From: Acutalibacteraceae bacterium | GTDB lineage: Bacteria > Bacillota > Clostridia > Oscillospirales > Acutalibacteraceae | Length of the DNA stretch: 64,000 nucleotides | Direction: 5' to 3' | Assembly (NCBI GenBank): GCA_045544055.1 | Contig: JAZPYF010000045.1 | Span: forward strand, 13,597-77,596 | Shown: piece after piece, positions 28,401 through 34,898 of the stretch | Layout of the letters: every line of letters starts with the position of its first letter | Position numbering within the stretch: position 1 is the stretch's first letter | The notes under the pieces: generated by a model | The model's input: only the letters and a program-made list of their open reading frames with translations | Database searches by the model: none | What the model was told of the DNA's origin: nothing | Made by a program: the position numbers and the translations under genes

Positions 28401-28721
28401 TTCGTATGTATCTCCTGCGGCAAGTGTGTCTGTGCCGAGCAGGTAGCCGACGCTACTGTCATGCGCAGGGCTGATATCGCCGTTGTATCTAAGTGCAAGA
28501 CCGTCAGGGATATTGTGCGTGATTTTTATATCATTTACATCAAATTCATTTGAGTTTTTAAGCCTGAGTGTGATGGTTGCACCGCCGTCAGTTTCCTGTG
28601 AATCTGCGGACAGACCGAGGCCGTATTCGTTGGTGCTCAGAGCAGAGGAACCTATGCCGAATAAGCCGCATAATACCGTGCAAAGCACCGTGGCAATAAG
28701 TCTTGAATATGCCTTTTTCAT
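25467..28721 (-). CDS. secreted S8 (subtilisin-family) serine peptidase with C-terminal type-I dockerin
   Basis: Catalytic Asp (VLGMVDGPV), His (HGTHVAGIMG) and Ser (GTSQAAPIVTAVAGL). C-terminal dockerin repeats GDINANGKTDANDV and DADCDGAITESDAL. N-terminal signal peptide. Start ATG 28721 (GAGGTG 6 nt upstream). Confidence 0.88.
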   Translation of the reverse strand: MKKAYSRLIATVLCTVLCGLFGIGSSALSTNEYGLGLSADSQETDGGATITLRLKNSNEFDVNDIKITHNIPDGLALRYNGDISPAHDSSVGYLLGTDTLAAGDTYEAQLVFSVLASPASETVEAPTIKKTNEKAIIAAVIAAVVIIAAAVIFARKQKRAAALMLALAMLLPSAGIFGVHAIGTDELRSFTLEDNISIGGKTYPLSITVNYLASTAKNSYFEIETADGETPEEGLTVTRFTADFNGKATANESVKSVTYEIRSESDGFAAGTVGEATLNGCEWSADNLHLKPGENTVTFTATLTNGETQTQVHSLYFDSGEIYKHTKSEETEENGTKYVKEIVNIYFDVDTTDERIEEILSEIGAERVGEINAVVMVQARIKADGLDGLNKKCKEIEKYNEVISASIEQILPLEVSAIPDDPWYYFPDSYQEPWNEDIPDGFNWHMEAVQAASAWDYDKYYNHVVLGMVDGPVMTDHEDFDNLIKFAGTYESDNVFATTEKGKAAQSHGTHVAGIMGAKANNGLGITGLLWDTEIYAANFEAQYTTTYIVDAMASHIANGAKAVNLSIGLSKGYDPNDPTYNPYLDPFSEYDLYSTALPCVTTISSLLKQGKEFVVIQAAGNGTIDSRYSVSKPRSVDASQTGLICAIDPDIRYGSLTTAQVQNVYDHTIVVGAAQNLSSSTDGAKFQMAYFSNSGERVDIYAPGYTIHSTATQQTATDGTKIQYLQMTGTSQAAPIVTAVAGLCFAINPDFTGSQVKSIICAEANTKYAVIDNKEVITGTTELYHPADLGDGRMVSMKLAAEAALRTVCGKANYAQLNRIIAVAQSLDPNDFTNYEIVQAVLDSIDYNLYEFQQDKVDAKYIELLDAMDKLIEKTPADYSEVEKAKAEAAALNKADYIDFSAVTAAVNAVVYGKYSDEQAAVDQMAADIRAAISALVPLPSINSDDYNVISDNTNKLIVITEDYVDSYAECLSAGGGYTLTHAPNSRGTYSTGSTFTLTRESYDDVVYTVAVIGDINANGKTDANDVFLAKMYALGMLEADTKTMFIAADADCDGAITESDALLIQEASLLQNTIFNYYTPGE

Positions 28722-28861
28722 TATGCTCACCTCTATAATATAATAAAACTGAAATTAATATAAAATTTTCTCAGTATTTATTATACAAACAATGCTTGCT
28801 AATGTCAAGAACACAGGTTATGCAAAGCCCGAAACTAAATACAAAACGGCTGTTTTTAATC

Positions 28862-28890
28862 TTGACAGTAAACGTAATGTTTAATATAAT
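28862..28890 (+). promoter_or_regulatory. sigma-A-type promoter for the flavin oxidoreductase gene
   Basis: TTGACA 28862-28867, exactly 17 nt spacer, TATAAT 28885-28890. Confidence 0.6.
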
Positions 28891-28949
28891 AAAGGGTGAG
28901 AAACTGTCAACTGTTTCAATTTATTTGTAAGGATGTGTGTTAATCAGCT

Positions 28950-31016
28950 ATGGATCCTAAGTACGAAGCGTTATTTACGCCATGGAAGATTGGTAATGTC
29001 GAAATCAAGAACAGAATTGTTATGTGCCCCATGGGCGGTACCTCTCTGTTCGGTTGGTTCGAGCTTGGCGGCTGTCATTTTGACAAGGAAGCTGCAAAGC
29101 TCTTTATCGAAAGAGCAAACAACAATGTCGGTCTTATTATCCCCGGTATCGCTCCCCTTCGTGATACCTTCTGGGGCAAGTGGCTCTGGCAGAATCCGAA
29201 GATGTTTGAAGAGCTCAAGGATTTTATGGACGAAATTCACAAGACAGGTGCAAAGCTTTTCGTTCAGCTTACTGCAGGTATGGGTCGTTCATGGGCTATT
29301 ACCGAGCTTGTTGCTCCTCTCCACAAGAATAAGTTCACACGCGCACTCATCAAGCCGATTCTCGACACATCACACGAGCTGGCTTCTCCCAGCCCCCAGC
29401 CCTCACGTTGGGCACACGATATTATCTGCCCCGAAATGACCAAGGAGCAGATTCACGAAATCATCGAGGCTTTTGCAAAAACAGCAAAGCTCTGCCGCGA
29501 TGCAGGCGTTGACGGTGTTGAGGTTCACGCTGTTCACGAGGGTTATCTTCTTGACCAGTTTGCTATCGAGTTCTTCAACAAGCGTACCGACGAATACGGC
29601 GGCAGCTTCGAGAACAGATACCGCTTCGCAGCTGAGGTTGTAAAGGCAATAAAGGAATCCTGCGGTAACGATTATCCCGTATCTTTGCGTTACTCTGTTG
29701 AGTCCAAGATGAAGGGCTTCTGCGAGGGTGCAATGCCCGGCGAGGAATACACAGAGGTCGGCCGTAATATGACCGAGTCCGAAAGAGCTGCAAAGTACCT
29801 TCAGGATGCAGGCTACGATATGCTCAATGCTGACAACGGTACTTACGATTCATGGTACTGGGCACATCCGCCTATGTACATGCCCCAGAACTGTAACCTT
29901 GACGATGTAGCACATATCAAAGAATTTGTCGATATTCCCGTTGTCTGCGCAGGTCGTATGGAGCCCGATGTCGGTGCTCAGGCTGTTGCTGATGGTAAGA
30001 TCGACGGTGTCGGTGTTGCACGTCAGTTCCTTACAGACCCCGAGTGGATTACAAAGATTATTGAAGACAGACTTGAGGAAATCAAGCCCTGTATCTGCTG
30101 CCACAGCGGCTGCTTCAATTTCTCATCCTCCAAGGGTCACGCAAATACTCAGGACCTTTTCGATACAATGGGTCTTGCCCGCTGCGCTCTTAACCCCAAG
30201 ACAATGCAATCCAAGAAGTACAAGATCGTTCCTGCAAAGAAGAAAAAGAATATTGCTGTTATCGGCGGCGGTATCGGTGGTATGGAAGCAGCTATTGTCT
30301 GTGCACAGCGCGGTCACACAGTTACACTCTACGAGAAGTCAGGCGTTCTCGGCGGCGTATTTATTGCTGCTGCAGCTCCCTCCTTCAAAGAGAAGGACCG
30401 TGACCTTATCGCTTGGTACAACCGTGAAATTATGAAGTATCCCTCAATCACCGTTAAGCTCAACACAGAGGTTAAGGATATAAACTCTCTCGGCGCTGAT
30501 GAGGTTATCGTTGCAACAGGCTCTGTTGCTAACAAGATTCCTGTCAAGGGTGCTGCAGAGTACGGCATTGAGGCTGTTGAATATCTCCTTAAGGAGAAAG
30601 AGGTAGGCGATAACGTTGTTGTTGTCGGCGGCGGTCTCACAGGCTGTGAAATTGCTTATGACCTTTATCTCCAGGGTAAGAAGCCTGTTATTGTTGAGAT
30701 GCAGGATGACCTTATCACAACTCCCGGTGTTGCTCTTGCAAACACCAGCTTCCTGCGTGATTTCTTCAAGGCAAACAAGGTTCCCGTTTTCCTTGAATCC
30801 AGAACAACAGAAATCCGCGCAGACGGTGTAACGGTTGCCACAAAGGACGGCAAGACTGTTAACGTTCCTGCCGACAGCGTAATTCTTTCCGTTGGCTACA
30901 AGCCCGCTCCCGTTGCAGAAAAGAGCAAGCACGTTCACATTGTTGGCGATGCTTCCAAGGTCGGCAACCTGCGCACAGTTATCTGGCAGGCATGGGACGT
31001 AGCTATGAAGCTGTAA
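28950..31016 (+). CDS. 2-enoate reductase / 2,4-dienoyl-CoA reductase family flavoenzyme (OYE-like FMN domain + 4Fe-4S + FAD/NAD(P) domain)
   Basis: 688 aa. N-terminal OYE TIM-barrel pattern (NRIVMCPMGG, HAVHEGYLLDQF), cluster motif CICCHSGC, second-domain Rossmann IAVIGGGIGGMEAA. Confidence 0.85.
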   Translation: MDPKYEALFTPWKIGNVEIKNRIVMCPMGGTSLFGWFELGGCHFDKEAAKLFIERANNNVGLIIPGIAPLRDTFWGKWLWQNPKMFEELKDFMDEIHKTGAKLFVQLTAGMGRSWAITELVAPLHKNKFTRALIKPILDTSHELASPSPQPSRWAHDIICPEMTKEQIHEIIEAFAKTAKLCRDAGVDGVEVHAVHEGYLLDQFAIEFFNKRTDEYGGSFENRYRFAAEVVKAIKESCGNDYPVSLRYSVESKMKGFCEGAMPGEEYTEVGRNMTESERAAKYLQDAGYDMLNADNGTYDSWYWAHPPMYMPQNCNLDDVAHIKEFVDIPVVCAGRMEPDVGAQAVADGKIDGVGVARQFLTDPEWITKIIEDRLEEIKPCICCHSGCFNFSSSKGHANTQDLFDTMGLARCALNPKTMQSKKYKIVPAKKKKNIAVIGGGIGGMEAAIVCAQRGHTVTLYEKSGVLGGVFIAAAAPSFKEKDRDLIAWYNREIMKYPSITVKLNTEVKDINSLGADEVIVATGSVANKIPVKGAAEYGIEAVEYLLKEKEVGDNVVVVGGGLTGCEIAYDLYLQGKKPVIVEMQDDLITTPGVALANTSFLRDFFKANKVPVFLESRTTEIRADGVTVATKDGKTVNVPADSVILSVGYKPAPVAEKSKHVHIVGDASKVGNLRTVIWQAWDVAMKL

Positions 31017-31040
31017 TTTAACCGTAAAATTTTCCCTACG

Positions 31041-31073
31041 GCGGCTCTGTGTTAAGCAGAGCCGCTTATTTTG
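31041..31073 (+). terminator. rho-independent terminator after the flavin oxidoreductase gene
   Basis: Perfect 9-bp stem GCGGCTCTG / CAGAGCCGC, 7-nt loop, then TTATTTTG. Confidence 0.75.
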
Positions 31074-31086
31074 TTGCAATATGGTA

Positions 31087-31115
31087 TTGAAAAAAATAAA
31101 ATCTTGTGATAAAAT
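31087..31115 (+). promoter_or_regulatory. extended -10 promoter for the 38-aa peptide gene
   Basis: TTGAAA 31087-31092, 17-nt spacer containing TGA, TAAAAT 31110-31115. Followed by a perfect 7-bp hairpin GCAGATT-TGT-AATCTGC at 31123-31139. Confidence 0.55.
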
Positions 31116-31177
31116 CTAAAATGCAGATTTGTAATCTGCGGAAAAGAAACAAAATTTTATTAAAAGGAGGGAAACAA

Positions 31178-31294
31178 ATGTCAATCGATATTCAGGAAAT
31201 CGTCAGCGGCGTTCTCAACTTCCTTGAGGGCTTGAAGGACTTCCTCTTCAGCTTTGGCGATATCGCTCAGAAATTCTTTGATGCTCTTCCGTAA
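31178..31294 (+). CDS. 38-aa acidic, Phe-rich amphipathic peptide of unknown function
   Basis: ATG preceded by AAAAGGAGGG with a 7-nt spacer. Sequence MSIDIQEIVSGVLNFLEGLKDFLFSFGDIAQKFFDALP. The track's 62-aa version starts at an upstream GTG lacking an RBS. Confidence 0.6.
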   Translation: MSIDIQEIVSGVLNFLEGLKDFLFSFGDIAQKFFDALP

Positions 31295-31424
31295 GCTATA
31301 TTCTTCGGAATACCGGGCCATATCGCTGCGGCGGTGTGGCCTATTATAAAGATTTAATCCGCTTCAGGCGGTTTATATACAGGCTATGTTTAATCTGATC
31401 CTTATGAAAGGGGATATGAATAAA

Positions 31425-32711
31425 ATGAACTACAAAATGCAGCTCACACCCGATGAGATTGATATTCTCAACGGCTCAAAGGGCGAAACAATGGCAAAGG
31501 TTATGAAAACTCTTGTCATGTACGGCGATGCTTTCGGCGCAACAAAGATGGTGCCTGTCGAGAGCAAGATGGGTCACCTTGTTACCAGCTTCGGTCTTAA
31601 GGTTATGAGCCCTGTTTACGATCTTATGGATCAGCTTATCGCAGGCGGCGCTCTTTCTCAGCAGAAGTTCTCTGTTGACCCCAAGCCGCTCGATCCCAAG
31701 GTTCCCGCAAACTTCCTCCAGAAGCTTATCTTCAATAAGTTTATGTACTCCAAGCAGGACGAGTACGATGCACAGCTTGCAAAGCTCGGTCTTATTGACG
31801 ACAAGTCCTACACATGTACATGCTATATGGACGAGGTCGGCAACCTTCCCAAGAAGGGCGAGGTTCTTTCATGGGCAGAGTCATCCGCTGTTGTTTATGC
31901 AAACTCCGTTATCGGTGCAAGATGTAACCGTAACTCCGGTATTATTGAGCTGTTCGGTTCAATCGTCGGCAAGGTTCCCTATTTCGGTCTTGTCACAGAC
32001 GAGGGCAGAAAGGCTACATGGATTGTTGAGGTCAAGACAACCAAGAAGCCCGAAGCTCAGATTCTCGGCTCCGCAATCGGTATGAAGGTTATGGAGGATG
32101 TTCCCTACATCAAGGGCCTTGATAAGTGGATCGGCACAGAGCTTGACGGTGACACCAAGGCTTACCTTAAGGATTTCGGTGCTGCTACAGCTTCCAACGG
32201 TGCTGTCGGTCTTTACCACATCGAAAACCTCACTCCCGAAGCAGTTGAGCTTGGCGACAGCCTTGTTGCAGAGGGTGCACAGGTTTATGTTATTGACGAT
32301 GCTGAGCTTGCAAGAGTTCAGGCAAACTACCCCATTATGTGGAAGAACAAGGATGCTAAGCCGAAGCTCTGCTTCGTCGGCTGCCCCCACCTTTCTCACG
32401 CACAGCTCATCGAGTGGACTGACAATGTTGTTGCAGGTCTTAAGAAGAGCGGCCTCAAGAAGGTTTCCGTTCCCACGGTTTTCACAGCTGCTCCTGCAGT
32501 TGTTGAAGAGTTCAACAAAACTCCCAAGGCAAAAGAGCTTGCAGCAACAGGTGTTATTCTCAGCTACATCTGCCCGCTTATGTATATGAACAATCCTCTT
32601 TGCAAGAAGATGCCTGTTATCACAAACTCTAATAAGCTCAGAACCTACACAACTTCACGCTATTACAGAAGTGAAGAGATTCTCGATATCATCACAAAGG
32701 AGGTAAAGTAA
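31425..32711 (+). CDS. aconitase X (AcnX) catalytic/large subunit (former DUF521)
   Basis: N-terminal LTPDEIDILNGSKGETMAKVMKTLVMYGDAFGA is typical of AcnX large subunits. ATG 31425 has GAAAGGGGA about 10 nt upstream. Confidence 0.8.
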   Translation: MNYKMQLTPDEIDILNGSKGETMAKVMKTLVMYGDAFGATKMVPVESKMGHLVTSFGLKVMSPVYDLMDQLIAGGALSQQKFSVDPKPLDPKVPANFLQKLIFNKFMYSKQDEYDAQLAKLGLIDDKSYTCTCYMDEVGNLPKKGEVLSWAESSAVVYANSVIGARCNRNSGIIELFGSIVGKVPYFGLVTDEGRKATWIVEVKTTKKPEAQILGSAIGMKVMEDVPYIKGLDKWIGTELDGDTKAYLKDFGAATASNGAVGLYHIENLTPEAVELGDSLVAEGAQVYVIDDAELARVQANYPIMWKNKDAKPKLCFVGCPHLSHAQLIEWTDNVVAGLKKSGLKKVSVPTVFTAAPAVVEEFNKTPKAKELAATGVILSYICPLMYMNNPLCKKMPVITNSNKLRTYTTSRYYRSEEILDIITKEVK

Positions 32712-32712
32712 G

Positions 32713-33153
32713 ATGAAACAGTTTAAGGGCCGTTCCGTAGTACCGGGCACTTGCACAGCTCCCGCTCTTGTTTCCCACGGCGGTTTCAACACACTTGCTT
32801 CCTTCCAGAACGCTCTTCAGTTCGGTGACAAAGAAGCAAAGTGCGGTGACCAGAACAATACTGACCTTTATCAGAAGCCCATGGTAGGCACAGCTCTCTG
32901 CCTGCCACAGACAATCGGCTCCACAACAGGCGGTATGGTTCTTTACTGCGCAAAGGTTATGGAGAGAAATCCTGCCTGCATGCTCTTCTCTGAGCATATT
33001 GACTCACTTGCTTGTGCAGGTGCAGTTCTCGGTGCAGTCTGGACAGAGTCTCCGATGCCTGTTGTTGACTGTCTCGGTGATGAGTTCCTTAACTATGTTA
33101 AGGACGGTATGAAGATCACTGTCGCAGAAGACGGCACAGTAACAGTTGAATAA
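32713..33153 (+). CDS. aconitase X swivel-domain/small subunit (former DUF126)
   Basis: 146 aa. KGRSVVPGTCTAPALVSHGGFN and GSTTGGMVL motifs. Starts 1 nt after the large-subunit stop, with AAGGAGG upstream. Confidence 0.8.
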   Translation: MKQFKGRSVVPGTCTAPALVSHGGFNTLASFQNALQFGDKEAKCGDQNNTDLYQKPMVGTALCLPQTIGSTTGGMVLYCAKVMERNPACMLFSEHIDSLACAGAVLGAVWTESPMPVVDCLGDEFLNYVKDGMKITVAEDGTVTVE

Positions 33154-33178
33154 TAATTAATCTGTTATAAGTGAAACA

Positions 33179-33224
33179 ACAGCGTCAATCCGCTTGAAAA
33201 AGCGTGTTGGCGCTGTCTTTTTTT
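33179..33224 (+). terminator. rho-independent terminator after the AcnX genes
   Basis: Stem ACAGCGTCAA / TTGGCGCTGT (one G-U pair) followed by CTTTTTTT. Confidence 0.7.
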
Positions 33225-33437
33225 CTGTATGTGAAAATGACGAAAAACCTTACAAATTTTCAAAAAGCCGAATTTTGACTTTGATGTCAAAAAAGAACAA
33301 AAACGAAATTTCGTTGTGCAATATAAACAAAAACTATAAGCGATGATAGTATAATGTGTCGAGAGAGTTGATCGGGACTTGCCAAAATCGTTGTGCAAAC
33401 TGCACAAATAAGTGATACAGCTTTTGTGCATTTAGTC

Positions 33438-33466
33438 TTGACAAAACGCACAAAAAATATTAGAAT
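33438..33466 (+). promoter_or_regulatory. sigma-A-type promoter for the 45-aa ORF
   Basis: TTGACA 33438-33443, 17-nt spacer, TAGAAT 33461-33466, about 20 nt upstream of the AAAGGAG RBS. Confidence 0.55.
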
Positions 33467-33498
33467 GCAAGTGTAAACAAACGAAAGGAGAAATAAAA

Positions 33499-33636
33499 AT
33501 GTTTGCAAGATTTGTATTCAAGAAGAAAGAAGAGCTTATGAAGGAAATTTCAAAAGAGAAGAATTTTTTCCGTATGCTCGCAAAATCAGCAGAGCTTGAG
33601 GGCCTTCTCAACTACATGAACACCAACGTTCAGTAA
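33499..33636 (+). CDS. 45-aa basic helical small protein of unknown function
   Basis: ATG 8 nt after AAAGGAG. Sequence MFARFVFKKKEELMKEISKEKNFFRMLAKSAELEGLLNYMNTNVQ. Below the 60-aa cut-off of the ORF track. Has its own promoter and shares the terminator at 33741-33783. Confidence 0.5.
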   Translation: MFARFVFKKKEELMKEISKEKNFFRMLAKSAELEGLLNYMNTNVQ

Positions 33637-33740
33637 TCAGAGCCTGAAGCTCACCCCTATGGGAGTATCAAATCAGGGCGTTGCCCGTTTATATAGATAG
33701 CAAATTCCCCCGGGCGTTTTCCGTATCACTCAGATACGTC

Positions 33741-33783
33741 AAACTCCTCCGAGATACGTGAGTATCGTCGGAGGAGTTTTTTT
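33741..33783. terminator. strong bidirectional terminator
   Basis: 12-bp stem AAACTCCTCCGA / TCGGAGGAGTTT, with an inner GATAC-GTGA-GTATC extension, followed by a T-run. It abuts the stop of the minus-strand hydrolase gene. Confidence 0.85.
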
Positions 33784-34762
33784 ATTCGGTAATATATTTG
33801 CCTGTAAAATCCCAGACCTTGTTGAAATATGTTTCGGGGTCTGTTGTGACTGAAACGGCGTGGTCGGCTTCGGGAATAGTGAGCAGCTCTTTTTCGCCGT
33901 TGAACGCTTCAAAGTTACGGTGTACCATTTCAAACGGAACAAAGTTATCAATCTCACCGTGTATAAACAGCATAGGCGTTTTTGAGCGCTTGAGTCCCTC
34001 AATGCTTGAAGCGGCTTTGAAATCGAGATCAACGTGGCGTTTTATGCAAATCTGTGCCGCGTGCAGAAACGGAAAGACAGGCAGGTGGAACATGTCGACT
34101 ATCTGGTGAGAAAATTCGTCCCATACGCTTGTATAGCCGCAATCCTCAACAGCACATTTTACATTGTCGGGCAAAGGCTCGCCTACGGTCATCATTACCG
34201 TTGCCGCACCCATTGATTCACCGTGAAGCACAATCTGTGCATCGGGGTCAGCGGTAACGGCATAGTCAATCCATGCAAGCAGATCGTATTTATCAAGATA
34301 GCCCATTGTGTATGTGACTATGTTCTTGGCTTTTACTCCCTTTTCATTACCTCTCATATATGGCAGAATAACATTGTAGCCTTTATTGAAATACTCTCTG
34401 GCGTAGTGAGCCATTCCGCCGGGACCCGATGTGTAGCCGTGGCAGATAATTGCCCATTTGTGGCTGTCGCCGTTTTCAATAAGTACGGCACAAGGCTCGT
34501 CACCGATTGAGTTGCGTGTGACGATTTCGCTTTTGGGAACAGAGTCAAACCATTCTGCAACACCCTCAAGTATATTGTAAGACGGCTTTTTTGACGGAGG
34601 AACGGGTGGGTCGCCGAAAATTTTGCTTGTGATGTCGCTGCCTTTTTTGGTAAGCACACCGAGCCACATTATTTCGCCTGCAATAAACGGTACGGCTGCG
34701 GCAACGGCTGTGACAGCACCTGCGCCGATAAATATTTTCTTTGAAAGCTTCATATCGGTCAT
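33782..34762 (-). CDS. membrane-anchored alpha/beta hydrolase
   Basis: 326 aa. N-terminal hydrophobic helix IFIGAGAVTAVAAAVPFIAG, nucleophile elbow HGESMGAA, C-terminal FIHGEIDNFVP and ADH. Confidence 0.8.
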   Translation of the reverse strand: MTDMKLSKKIFIGAGAVTAVAAAVPFIAGEIMWLGVLTKKGSDITSKIFGDPPVPPSKKPSYNILEGVAEWFDSVPKSEIVTRNSIGDEPCAVLIENGDSHKWAIICHGYTSGPGGMAHYAREYFNKGYNVILPYMRGNEKGVKAKNIVTYTMGYLDKYDLLAWIDYAVTADPDAQIVLHGESMGAATVMMTVGEPLPDNVKCAVEDCGYTSVWDEFSHQIVDMFHLPVFPFLHAAQICIKRHVDLDFKAASSIEGLKRSKTPMLFIHGEIDNFVPFEMVHRNFEAFNGEKELLTIPEADHAVSVTTDPETYFNKVWDFTGKYITE

Positions 34763-34898
34763 CTCCTTTGAGGGATTTCTGTGTATATTTTATCTCAATT
34801 ATATTTATCCGTCAACGTATTTGTAACGCAAAAAATGTTGAAAAAGGAAAAATGATGTGTTAATATATTATTCATAAACCAATGGAGGACATTCAACA

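Noticed and set aside
31106-31294. 62-aa GTG-initiated version of the small peptide ORF
   Set aside because: The GTG sits inside the -10 region and 5' hairpin and has no SD. The ATG at 31178 follows a near-perfect AAAAGGAGGG.
33391-33407. TTGTGCA-AAC-TGCACAA as a Rex (redox-sensing repressor) operator
   Set aside because: Rex sites as I know them are TTGTGAA-N6-TTCACAA. Here both the half-site (GCA rather than GAA) and the spacing (3 nt) differ. It is kept only as a generic operator-like palindrome.
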